A DNA stretch of 64,000 bases, from positions 247-64,246 of the forward strand of contig CAZVMC010000002.1 of assembly GCA_964628635.1 (NCBI GenBank), read 5' to 3'. Below, in pieces: positions 1 through 8,681 of this stretch. The first letter of the stretch is position 1, and each line of letters begins with the position of its first letter. The notes beneath the pieces are model-generated. The model worked only from the letters and a program-made list of their open reading frames with translations. It made no database searches and was not told the DNA's origin. Origin of the DNA: an uncultured Novosphingobium sp. (GTDB lineage Bacteria; Pseudomonadota; Alphaproteobacteria; Sphingomonadales; Sphingomonadaceae). The position numbers were made by a program, and so were the translations under genes.

Positions 1-1024
1 AGTCTTCGCCGCCCATGATCGGGCTGGCGAGGGTCTTCCAGTGTTCGGCCCCGAACAGATCGCCGACGGTATCCTCGCCAAAGCGAACAGCGCGGGGATC
101 GCAGAGGGTCACCGGGAAGCCTTCGGTAACCGAAACCGCCGCTTCCAGTCCCTGCGCGGCAGCAATGCTGGTGGCCAGCTGTGTGATCCCCTCGGCCAGT
201 GCCCGCCGATTGCGCGGCGAAAGCGTGCGGAGCGTTCCGTGGAGCGAGGCGGTGTCGGCGATCACGTTGTAGGCCGACCCGGCGTGGAGCTGGGTGATGG
301 TGGCCACCACCGGGTCGAACACGTCGAACTGGCGAGTGACCAGCGCCTGAATCGCGCTGACGATCTCGCAGGCGACAGGCAGCGGATCGCGGGTCTGGTG
401 CGGCATCGAGGCATGGCCGCCGCGTCCGGTGACCGTGATATCGAGCTGGTCGGTCGCGGCCAGCAGTGCCCCGGCACGCCCGGCGATCAGCCCGTGCTTG
501 GCATTGGGCATCACGTGGAGCGCAAAGGCCGCATCCGGGAGCGGCCCGTGCGCGCCGCCGCCCAGCAGGCCATCTTCCAACATGAAGCGCGCGCCGTGAT
601 AGCCTTCCTCGCCGGGCTGGAACATGAAGCGCACTTCGCCGGCCAGCTGCTCACGCCGATCGCACAGCAGCCGCGCCGCTCCGGCCAGCATCGCCACATG
701 GGCATCGTGCCCGCAGGCGTGCATCCGCCCGGGGATCTTGCTGGCAAAGTCCAGACCGGTTTCCTCGGGCATCGGCAGCGCATCCATATCGCCGCGCAGC
801 AGCACCGAGCGGCCCGCCTTGCCCGGATTGAGCGTGGCGACCAGCCCGGTCGTCGATGGCCCTTCGCGCCACTCGAGCGGCAAATCGGCCAGCGCGGCGC
901 GGATCTTGTCGCGCGTCAACGGGGTGTGGAGGCCGAGCTCGGGTTCGGCATGGATCGCCCGGCGCAGTGCGGTCAGTTCGTCGGAGATGTCGCGTGCGGC
1001 ATCGAGCAGGGCGCCAGTCAGCAT
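1..1024 (-). CDS. M20D family amidohydrolase (hippurate hydrolase-like); 3' end runs off the window
   Basis: Not in the ORF track. Minus-strand translation from ATG at 1024 gives MLTGALLDAARDISDELTALRRAIHAEPELG...LLRGDMDALPM...MHACGHDAH, the M20D motifs. Confidence 0.9.
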   Translation of the reverse strand, partial: MLTGALLDAARDISDELTALRRAIHAEPELGLHTPLTRDKIRAALADLPLEWREGPSTTGLVATLNPGKAGRSVLLRGDMDALPMPEETGLDFASKIPGRMHACGHDAHVAMLAGAARLLCDRREQLAGEVRFMFQPGEEGYHGARFMLEDGLLGGGAHGPLPDAAFALHVMPNAKHGLIAGRAGALLAATDQLDITVTGRGGHASMPHQTRDPLPVACEIVSAIQALVTRQFDVFDPVVATITQLHAGSAYNVIADTASLHGTLRTLSPRNRRALAEGITQLATSIAAAQGLEAAVSVTEGFPVTLCDPRAVRFGEDTVGDLFGAEHWKTLASPIMGGED

Positions 1025-1025
1025 G

Positions 1026-1943
1026 TCAAACTCCGATTCTGGCGGCAATCCGCTTGGCTGCGGCGTTGTGCGCCGCGACCGAAGCGACCAAAAGCAGATT
1101 GAGCACCACCGCCTGATAGACGAAGTACCACAGCGGCCCCATGCCGCTCGTCCCCGCACCCAACATCGCCAGCCCCAGCACGATCGCGCGGGGATTGGGG
1201 CCGAGCAGTTTGCACAGCAGCAGCAAGGGCGGCGCTTCGGCGCGGACGGCGGCGCGGATCGCTTCGAGCCGCGCCGGATCGCCTTGCGCCGCTTCGGTCG
1301 CAGCGTCGATCTTCAGCGCGTATGGGGTCATGCCATTGGCGACCGAGAGGTAGAGCGAAACCAGCCCGCCGAACCCGCTGCGGGCGGTGGCCGATCCGTC
1401 CGCGGCGTGGCTGTTGCGCAGCCAGGGCGTGCCGAACACCCACCACTGGTAGGAACGGCGCTGCACTTCGACATGGTTGGCCTGCACCGCATGGCCGATC
1501 CCGGCCGCCAGCATCCACAACCAAGCCGAACTGCCGATCACACCCGAAAGCATCCAGCCGAGCGCCAGATAGAGCACAATGTGGCTGAGGTAATCGCACA
1601 GCCCATCGACCATCTCGCCGATCGGGCTGGCCTTGCCGGTTATCCGCGCAAGATCGCCATCGGCACCGTCGACCACATGCCAGGCCATATGCAGCGCCAG
1701 CCCAAGTAGCGCCGAGACCGGCCACTGGTTGAGCGAATAGGCAAAAGCCGCGCCGATTACACAGAGCGCGCCCAGCACCGAGACCATGTTGGGCGTAATC
1801 GGAGTCGGAGCGAGGCGGCGCGCAACCTGCCAGGACAATGGGTGATAGAGGTAATGGTTGAGCGGGTCCTGCAATTCGCGCGGTCGCAGTGGCCGCTGGA
1901 TCGGTGCTGTCGCCTGCGCTGTCACTGCGGTCTGCGAATCCAT
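1026..1943 (-). CDS. CDP-alcohol phosphotransferase family membrane protein
   Basis: Canonical signature DGADGDLARITGKASPIGEMVDGLCD, ITPNMVS motif, several TM segments. Start could be 1952. Confidence 0.9.
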   Translation of the reverse strand: MDSQTAVTAQATAPIQRPLRPRELQDPLNHYLYHPLSWQVARRLAPTPITPNMVSVLGALCVIGAAFAYSLNQWPVSALLGLALHMAWHVVDGADGDLARITGKASPIGEMVDGLCDYLSHIVLYLALGWMLSGVIGSSAWLWMLAAGIGHAVQANHVEVQRRSYQWWVFGTPWLRNSHAADGSATARSGFGGLVSLYLSVANGMTPYALKIDAATEAAQGDPARLEAIRAAVRAEAPPLLLLCKLLGPNPRAIVLGLAMLGAGTSGMGPLWYFVYQAVVLNLLLVASVAAHNAAAKRIAARIGV

Positions 1944-2193
1944 TGTCCCCACGCGCCCTTAATGTTGCCCCAATTGCCGGTCTAAGCTGTTGTCAGCCCG
2001 AGAGCCAGAGGTCCAAGCGTTGCAGCGATGCAACGCTTTCACTGCCTTGTTTCTCGGGTAATCGATTGCAGCGGGTTAGCCGACTTGGCAAGCCCGCTGC
2101 GAGCAGTTCAAAGGGGGTAGCGGAGCCTGACCGGTTAGGGGTCGCGGCGGGTTCCAAGTCGTAATCGTCGTCTAAACAACGCGTTACAGGATC

Positions 2194-3489
2194 ATGGCCC
2201 GACAAGACCCAGAACCCGCAAGCTATCCGGCCCCGCCGCCGCCGCAGGCTGCACCTTTTGCCGCTGCGATCGTTCGCCCGCCCGGCGCGCTGCCCGATCC
2301 GGAACTGACGGTGGCCGGAATTACTGTCGCCGAACGCCAGCGACGGCAATTGGCCCTGCTGGGGGCGGCGCAGGTAGCGGACCTCACCACGGCAGATAGC
2401 GCGCCGCACCCGGCGCCGACCGGTCTGCTGCTGATCGAAGCCGGACTGATAGCCGACGAACGGCTGATCGAAGCCTTCCTCGAAGCTGCCAACCAGCGCG
2501 GACCTGACGCGCGGCCGCTTTTGGCCGTCGATCCAGCCGGAAAGACGGGCGGACTGGCGTGGCTACCGTCGTGCCTCGCAGGCGAATCGCTGCCTGACTG
2601 GAGCCGCCTCGCGGTCGAGGCGGATCGCTGCGCTTTGGGTGGAGTTGATGACTATGCCCCTGCGCGCCGCCGCCGGGTGCCGCTGTTGTGGGAGCGGCCG
2701 ACCAATCCGGCCGAGGCGCGCGATGTGGCTGGAAAGCTCCTCGCCGCTGCGCAGAAGGGCTGCCTCGATTGGCCTGCACGGTTCATCCATCCGCCGATTG
2801 AGAACGTGGCGGTGCGCTTGCTCTGGCCCACGCCGGTCACACCCAACGCCATCTCGCTGCTGGCCTTTGGCCTTGGCCTTTATGCCGCCTGGTGCTTCGC
2901 CACCGGGGCGCTGTGGACCGGGCTGCTGGTGGCGCTGCTGATCGGCCCGCTCGACGGGATCGATGGCAAGCTGGCGCGGACGCGGGTTGAGTTCTCGCGC
3001 TGGGGCGATCTGGAGCATGTGGGTGACAAGATTGTCGAATATGCCTGGTTTGCCGGGCTGGCGGCGCATTTCGGGTCGGGCTGGGCCTGGGCGCTCGCCG
3101 CGCTGATCGTGGCCTTTGCCCTATCCGAAGCCTTGCAGGGTGAGTTCTACCGGCGAATCACCGGCGCGCAGCTCGACGATGCCGGACCGTTTGAGCGCCG
3201 CTGGCGGCTGGTTGCCGGACGGCGCAACACCTTTTTCTGGTCGCTGATCCCTTTCGCCTGGTTCGGCCGCTGGGATGCCGGGCTGGTGATGATCGCCGCC
3301 TATGCCGCGGTCACCTGGTTCGTGGCGCAATGGCGGTTCTTTGTGCGGATGTTCGAATATGGCCGGGCCAATTCGGCGGCGATTGCGGCCAATCTTGATG
3401 CGACTGCCTATGGCTTCGTTACCGCCAAGGAAGCGGACAAGGACGGCACCGGCGGCGCCGATGCCGCTGTGCGATCAGCCCCGCTCTGA
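2194..3489 (+). CDS. CDP-alcohol phosphotransferase with a degenerate N-terminal nucleotidyltransferase-like domain (DIPPS-like)
   Basis: VTPNAIS and DGIDGKLARTRVEFSRWGDLEHVGD motifs. N-terminal VAGITVAERQ segment lacks a GxGxR loop. Confidence 0.85.
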   Translation: MARQDPEPASYPAPPPPQAAPFAAAIVRPPGALPDPELTVAGITVAERQRRQLALLGAAQVADLTTADSAPHPAPTGLLLIEAGLIADERLIEAFLEAANQRGPDARPLLAVDPAGKTGGLAWLPSCLAGESLPDWSRLAVEADRCALGGVDDYAPARRRRVPLLWERPTNPAEARDVAGKLLAAAQKGCLDWPARFIHPPIENVAVRLLWPTPVTPNAISLLAFGLGLYAAWCFATGALWTGLLVALLIGPLDGIDGKLARTRVEFSRWGDLEHVGDKIVEYAWFAGLAAHFGSGWAWALAALIVAFALSEALQGEFYRRITGAQLDDAGPFERRWRLVAGRRNTFFWSLIPFAWFGRWDAGLVMIAAYAAVTWFVAQWRFFVRMFEYGRANSAAIAANLDATAYGFVTAKEADKDGTGGADAAVRSAPL

Positions 3490-3753
3490 TCCCGCTGTAG
3501 TTGCCCTGTCACTTAACTGTGCTATGCTAGTAGGCCTGCATAGCGCAGGCACACGGTCGAAGTGCCGCGATTTTCCGTTGGAAAAGCGCCAGATTCGACC
3601 CCGGATGCGAGCCGGTTCAACCGCGCAGGGGCGCGGTCTGCTCTGCCATCCGGCTTGACCTGCGCCAGACTTCTTGCTCTTGGCGCGCGATTGTTTTCGG
3701 GGCGGCCTCTGCCGGGGTCGCCACTCGTGTCGTTTGAGAAGGATCGAATTACC

Positions 3754-4854
3754 ATGAAGCCCATCAAGGTCGCCATGATTGGCGTCGGCAACTGCGCCTC
3801 TTCGCTGGTTCAGGGGGTGGAATATTACCGCCAGAACAATTCGGCCCAGGGCCTGATCCACGACAAGATCGGCGGCTATGGTGCCGGTGACGTCGAATTT
3901 GTGCTCGGCATCGATGTCGACAAGCGCAAGGTCGGCAAGGATATCGCCGAAGCGATCTTCGCCGCGCCCAACAACACCAAGGTATTCCAGCCGAATGTTC
4001 CCGCCACGGGCAACAAGGTGATCATGGGCAAGACGCTGGACGGCGTTGCACCGCACATGACCACCGTGGGCGAAAAGGGCTTCATGCTCGCGAGCGAACC
4101 TGAGGCGGACAAGGACCGGATCGTCGCCGCGATCAAGGATTCGGGTGCGGAAGTGCTGATCAACTTCCTGCCGGTCGGCTCGCAGACCGCGACCGAATTC
4201 TACATGGAATGCGCGCTTGAAGCAGGCGTTGCGGTGGTCAACTGCATGCCGGTGTTCATCGCCAGCCGCCCCGAATGGGAAGCCCGCTTCCGCGAAAAGA
4301 ACATCCCGATCGTGGGTGACGACATCAAGGCCCAGGTTGGCGCGACGATCGTCCACCGGGTGCTGTCCAGCCTGTTCGCCGCGCGCGGCGTAACGGTCGA
4401 GCGGACCTATCAGCTCAACACCGGCGGCAACACCGACTTCATGAACATGCTCGATCGCCAGCGGCTGGGTTCGAAGAAGGAATCGAAGACCGAAGCCGTC
4501 CAGGCGATGCTCGCTCAGCGCCTTGAAGACGAAAACATCCACGTTGGCCCGTCGGACTATGTTCCCTGGCAGAAAGACAACAAGCTGTGCTTCCTGCGCC
4601 TCGAAGGTCTGCAGTGGGGCAATGTGCCGATGGAACTGGAACTGCGCCTCTCGGTGGAAGACAGCCCGAACTCGGCGGCCTGCGTGATGGACGCGATCCG
4701 CTGCGCCAAGGTTGCGCTCGATCGCGGTGAAGGTGGGGCGCTGATCGGCCCGTCGGCCTATTTCTGCAAGCACCCGCCCGAACAGTTCAACGACGATCTG
4801 GCAGCCCAGATGGTTGAGGAATTCGTCGGCGATCGCGCGCTGGCGGCGGAGTAA
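3754..4854 (+). CDS. ino1: myo-inositol-1-phosphate synthase
   Basis: IGVGNCASSLVQG, GDDIKAQVGAT, QLNTGGNTDF, VEDSPNSA motifs. ATG at 3754 follows AAGGA. Confidence 0.95.
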   Translation: MKPIKVAMIGVGNCASSLVQGVEYYRQNNSAQGLIHDKIGGYGAGDVEFVLGIDVDKRKVGKDIAEAIFAAPNNTKVFQPNVPATGNKVIMGKTLDGVAPHMTTVGEKGFMLASEPEADKDRIVAAIKDSGAEVLINFLPVGSQTATEFYMECALEAGVAVVNCMPVFIASRPEWEARFREKNIPIVGDDIKAQVGATIVHRVLSSLFAARGVTVERTYQLNTGGNTDFMNMLDRQRLGSKKESKTEAVQAMLAQRLEDENIHVGPSDYVPWQKDNKLCFLRLEGLQWGNVPMELELRLSVEDSPNSAACVMDAIRCAKVALDRGEGGALIGPSAYFCKHPPEQFNDDLAAQMVEEFVGDRALAAE

Positions 4855-4860
4855 TTTACC

Positions 4861-5039
4861 CTTCCTCCCCCTTGGGGGAGGGGGACCACCGAAGGTGGTG
4901 GAGGGGCTCCAGCAGGTACTCCTGACGGCTGGTAGGAAATCGGCGGCTGATCTGCGTTGCGTCTTCGCGCATGGACCGGAATACCCGCGCGAGCCCCTCC
5001 ACCAGCCGCGCTGGTCCCCCTCCCCTGAAGGGGAGGAAG
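4861..5039. repeat. Palindromic element, family A (copy A1)
   Basis: Ends cttcctcccc...ggggaggaag are complementary. Internal arms gggggaccaccgaaggtggtggagggg and cccctccaccagccgcgctggtccccc. Confidence 0.85.
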
Positions 5040-5040
5040 C

Positions 5041-5787
5041 ATGGACGCCCTGATCATTGCCGCCGGGTTCGGCAGCCGCCTCCGCGAAGTGTCCGAATCG
5101 AAGCCTTTGACCCCGATTGCCGGGATTCCCCTGCTTGAGCTCGGTGTCCGGCAGGCCAAGGCCGCCGGGGCGCAGCGGGTGGTGGTGGTCACCGGCTATC
5201 AGGCCGATCTGATCGAGGCGTTTCTGCCCGACTTGTCCGAGCGGATAGGAATCCCTGTGCTGCCCGAACGGATCGACGATTGGTCTACCCCCAACGGCTA
5301 TTCGGTGATGGCCGGAGCCGCGAGGATCGTGCGCGAGGGCGGCAGCGATTTCCTGCTGATGATGTCCGATCACATCTTTTCCGCCTCGATCCTGTCACGG
5401 CTCGCCCAGCAGGGCGGCGCGGATCGCGGGGTGACCTTGGCGATCGACCGGCGCACCACCAGCGAACTGGTCGATCCCGACGACGCGACCTGGGTCGATA
5501 CCGATGAGCGCGGCTTCATCCGAGCGATCGGCAAGACGATCCCGGTCTACAACGCGGTCGATTGCGGGGCCTTTCTTGCCACCCAGGAACTGTCGCAAGC
5601 GATTGCCGCGGCGATTGCGGAAGGGAAGTCCGGCAGCCTGTCAGACGGCATGCAGCGCCTCGCCAACGCCGGCCGCGCAGCAACCTGGGATATCGGCGAA
5701 GCCTGGTGGATCGATGTTGACGATCCGGCAATGCTCGATCTGGCCGAAGCGCAAACCCCGCGCGAGTTGCCAGAGATTTATGGATAG
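5041..5787 (+). CDS. Nucleotidyltransferase, inositol-1-phosphate cytidylyltransferase (IPCT)-like
   Basis: LIIAAGFGSRL, KPL, MSDH, DPDDATWV, AVDCGAF, WIDVDD. Directly downstream of ino1. Confidence 0.85.
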   Translation: MDALIIAAGFGSRLREVSESKPLTPIAGIPLLELGVRQAKAAGAQRVVVVTGYQADLIEAFLPDLSERIGIPVLPERIDDWSTPNGYSVMAGAARIVREGGSDFLLMMSDHIFSASILSRLAQQGGADRGVTLAIDRRTTSELVDPDDATWVDTDERGFIRAIGKTIPVYNAVDCGAFLATQELSQAIAAAIAEGKSGSLSDGMQRLANAGRAATWDIGEAWWIDVDDPAMLDLAEAQTPRELPEIYG

Positions 5788-6269
5788 GTCAGCTTGATCG
5801 CGGTGGTCAGCCCGGACTTGGGCACATTGAGCCGCACCGACCGGAACGACGGCAACCCCGCCATGGTCGAAGGGTTGTTGGTAAAGCCATAGCCCTCGGC
5901 CGGGAGAATCCCGTTGCGGTCAAGCTTTTCGTTGGCGTTCTCGTCGTGATAGATCGCCACGGCATAGGTTCCGGTTGCAGGCAGGAAGATGCAGCCGCTT
6001 GTAGTCCCGGTCCGGGCCTTAACCCGCCCCACCGCGAGCGCCCCGCCTTTGGCGAGGAACTTGCCAGCGTCGTCGGCATACAGCGTGATCGCGATCTGAC
6101 CTTTGCCGTTGCGCACGCCGCTGACATTGACGTTGAGCCAGGTGGCGCTGGCAGTGCCGGTGCAGGCAGCGGGCGCGCCGCCCCTGGCCGCTGCCGGGCC
6201 GCCGAGGAGCAGGCCCGCCGATACCGTGCCTATCGCGAGTGCTGCCAGAGCGATCGGTAGTCGATTCAT
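5778..6269 (-). CDS. DUF2141 family secreted protein
   Basis: Signal peptide; GTYAVAIYHDENANEKLD...PAEGYGFTNN motif. Confidence 0.85.
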   Translation of the reverse strand: MNRLPIALAALAIGTVSAGLLLGGPAAARGGAPAACTGTASATWLNVNVSGVRNGKGQIAITLYADDAGKFLAKGGALAVGRVKARTGTTSGCIFLPATGTYAVAIYHDENANEKLDRNGILPAEGYGFTNNPSTMAGLPSFRSVRLNVPKSGLTTAIKLTYP

Positions 6270-6295
6270 CTTCCCTATCGTCCTTTATGTTGGGT

Positions 6296-7147
6296 TTAAC
6301 GTCCGTCCAGCGCGGCAGGGGCGGGTTCGGGGCCAAGCTGATCAAGATAGCCTTGCGCGGTTGCTGCCCAATCGGTTCCGGGGGCGACAGCAATCACCGA
6401 TTTCCAACTACGCCTTGCGGCTTCGTCGCGACCCGAGAGCACTGCGATCACTCCGGCCTCCAGCCCTATCGCAGGCTCGCGCGGAGCGAGCTCGGCGGCG
6501 CGCTGGATGAACTGCTGGGCTTCGCCCAGACGCTCTTGCCGCCGCGCCAAAGTTGCGGAGAGCAGCCAACCAGCAGCATTGTCCGGACTATCGCGGCGGC
6601 CCTGTGCCAGGCTGACAGCGGCTGCTTCAAGCTGCCCCAGCGCGACCTGTGCCCGAGCGCGTCCAATAACCAGATTGGCGGCAAACTTCGCATCCCCCGT
6701 AGCTTGTGCATCGGCAACGGCCTGGGCGAATGTCGCGTCTGCGCGCGCTGCGTCACCTTGGTCGATCATCGCGATGGCCGCCAACGCGCCATAACTTGCC
6801 CTTCGGCTGTAATCGCTGGCCGGGACTGCATCACGCGCCGCCAGATAGGCGATCTCAGCCTCGACTGGACGATTGAGGCTGGTGTAGGCCTCGCCCAGAC
6901 ATTCGTTGGGCTCGGCAGTTGCCGCACCTTTGCTGACTTTCAGCCACTCTTCGGCCGCCGCGATCGCGCTTGGCGGATCTTCGGCGACTGCCTGCAGGCA
7001 GAGCTGGAGGCGAGTCGGTTCGGGCGTGGGAGCAGCGACAGCAGCGCGCGGTGCACGCGGGATCGGCAAGGGCGTGGTCTGGATCGGCGGTGCGGCTCCG
7101 CCCGACACAGCCTGTCCCAGCAGCAGGGAAGCAGCAGCAAGGCTCAT
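6296..7147 (-). CDS. Tetratricopeptide repeat protein with signal peptide
   Basis: Ala-rich helical repeats (WLLSATLARRQERLGEAQQFIQRAAELAP); overlaps the upstream gene's stop. Confidence 0.75.
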   Translation of the reverse strand: MSLAAASLLLGQAVSGGAAPPIQTTPLPIPRAPRAAVAAPTPEPTRLQLCLQAVAEDPPSAIAAAEEWLKVSKGAATAEPNECLGEAYTSLNRPVEAEIAYLAARDAVPASDYSRRASYGALAAIAMIDQGDAARADATFAQAVADAQATGDAKFAANLVIGRARAQVALGQLEAAAVSLAQGRRDSPDNAAGWLLSATLARRQERLGEAQQFIQRAAELAPREPAIGLEAGVIAVLSGRDEAARRSWKSVIAVAPGTDWAATAQGYLDQLGPEPAPAALDGR

Positions 7148-7911
7148 TCATTCGGCTCCGTCGGCAGCGTGGCAATGGTCCGCAGCAGCAACGCGATATC
7201 GGCATCGCGGCTGAGGCGGTGGTCACCGTCTTTGACCAGGGTCACCTGAACGTCGCTGGAACGCAGTGCAGCGGCGAGCCGCAGCGCGACTTCCCACGGG
7301 ACTTCGGCATCCTCCTGACCCTGCAGCAGCCGCACCGGGCAATCCAAGGGGATTGCCTTGTCCAGCAACAGGTTCGCCTGACCCGATTCCCAGAAAGCTC
7401 GTGACATTGGCATGGGTTCATCGTCGTAAGTGGAAGACAGGTTTCGCGTCAGCGCTCCGCTCGCTGCAAACGCTGCCTGTTCCGCTTTGGTGTAGCTCCA
7501 GTCGGTAAAGTCCGGCGCGGCGGCGATCCCGACCAAGGCCGCAACCCGCTCGGGGACTTGCAAAGCCACCAGCAGCATCAGCCATCCACCCATCGACGAT
7601 CCAATCAGAGTGATCGGCCCCGCGATCAAGGCCTTGATTGACGCCAAAACCTCATCGCGCCAGCGGGTCAGTGTGCCCTCGGCGAAATTGCCCTCACTCT
7701 CCCCGCAACCCGAGTAATCAAGCAGCAAACAGGCCCGCCCCTCTCGCTGCGCCCAATCGAAAATGGCAGTGGCCTTCGATCCGGCCATGTCGGACATGTA
7801 GCCGGGCAGGAAAACCAATGTCGGTCCGGCCCCGGGAACGAAGCGGTAGGCAATCCGCCTGACTGAGTCGGGGCCAGCGGGCAGGGGAAGGAAGCGGGCG
7901 TCGGTCATCAT
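7144..7911 (-). CDS. Alpha/beta hydrolase
   Basis: FLPGYMSDM, DYSGCGES, GSSMGG nucleophile elbow, GDHRLS. Confidence 0.9.
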   Translation of the reverse strand: MMTDARFLPLPAGPDSVRRIAYRFVPGAGPTLVFLPGYMSDMAGSKATAIFDWAQREGRACLLLDYSGCGESEGNFAEGTLTRWRDEVLASIKALIAGPITLIGSSMGGWLMLLVALQVPERVAALVGIAAAPDFTDWSYTKAEQAAFAASGALTRNLSSTYDDEPMPMSRAFWESGQANLLLDKAIPLDCPVRLLQGQEDAEVPWEVALRLAAALRSSDVQVTLVKDGDHRLSRDADIALLLRTIATLPTEPNE

Positions 7912-7938
7912 GGATGACCTTGCCCCAAACGCCCCCAA

Positions 7939-8130
7939 TCAGTCACGTAGGAAGATTTGCTCGATCGGCAAAGCGAAGACATCGGCGATCCGGAAGGCCA
8001 GCGGCAGCGAAGGATCGTAGCGCCCGGTTTCGATCGCATTGACCGACTGGCGCGACACGGCCAGGCGATCGGCCAAGTCCTGCTGGCTCCAGCTACGTTC
8101 GGCGCGCAGCACCTTCAGGCGGTTGTTCAT
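7939..8130 (-). CDS. XRE/Cro-family HTH transcriptional regulator (63 aa)
   Basis: MNNRLKVLRAERSWSQQDLADRLAVSRQSVNAIETGRYDPSLPLAF; ATG at 8130 overlaps the upstream gene's stop. Confidence 0.9.
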   Translation of the reverse strand: MNNRLKVLRAERSWSQQDLADRLAVSRQSVNAIETGRYDPSLPLAFRIADVFALPIEQIFLRD

Positions 8131-8543
8131 TGCTCGGGCCGCGTCAAATCGCGGCTGTTGAGCGCCGCGCCAATCCCCAAACCGATGAACCACACAAATG
8201 TGGTGCCGAAGCCATGGGTATCGTGTGAGACGACTTCGTAGTTCTGCAGGAATTCCCAGACGGTCATCACGGACAAGCAAAACCCGGTGGCAAACAGGGA
8301 CTGCCGGACGAACAACATCCGCATGAATTCGTCGGTCTCTTCAGCCAGCAGGCGGAAAATCGTCCAGATCACCCCGATGACCGGCAGTGCAGGCAGGATC
8401 GCCAAGGCAATTGCCATGATCCCCTCGGGTCTATGGTGCCGGAACAGATAGCCCGCCAAAACCAGCACGATCATGTAGACCAGCATGAAGCTGGCCAACC
8501 GCTTGAGGTAGCGCCGCATTGCCGGCGACATATGACTGGACAT
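8127..8543 (-). CDS. Four-TM membrane protein co-transcribed with the XRE regulator
   Basis: Four hydrophobic segments, ETDEFMR loop; GGAG upstream of ATG 8543. Confidence 0.8.
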   Translation of the reverse strand: MSSHMSPAMRRYLKRLASFMLVYMIVLVLAGYLFRHHRPEGIMAIALAILPALPVIGVIWTIFRLLAEETDEFMRMLFVRQSLFATGFCLSVMTVWEFLQNYEVVSHDTHGFGTTFVWFIGLGIGAALNSRDLTRPEQ

Positions 8544-8546
8544 GAT

Positions 8547-8616
8547 GACAAGCTCCATTGTCTGAATGACAAGTTAGCTTTACTCACGGTCCACGTCAAT
8601 GTCAAGGAAACTTTCC
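8547..8616 (-). promoter_or_regulatory. Sigma70-type promoter overlapped by three imperfect palindromic boxes
   Basis: Minus strand TTGACA-N17-TAAAGC. Boxes gacaagctccattgtc (8547), gacaagttagctttac (8568), gtcaaggaaactttcc (8601). Confidence 0.55.
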
Positions 8617-8681
8617 AATGCCGAGTCATTGCCTTGACGCAAAAGGCGTTTAGTCTGGGCGAGTTAATCAGGGAGAACCAC

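Noticed and set aside
41-1102. Plus-strand 353-aa ORF and the overlapping 624..1709 ORF
   Set aside because: Antisense shadows of the minus-strand amidohydrolase and phosphotransferase; no motifs.
3475-5373. 632-aa minus-strand ORF
   Set aside because: Antisense to ino1 and IPCT and reads through repeat A1; a typical high-GC shadow frame.
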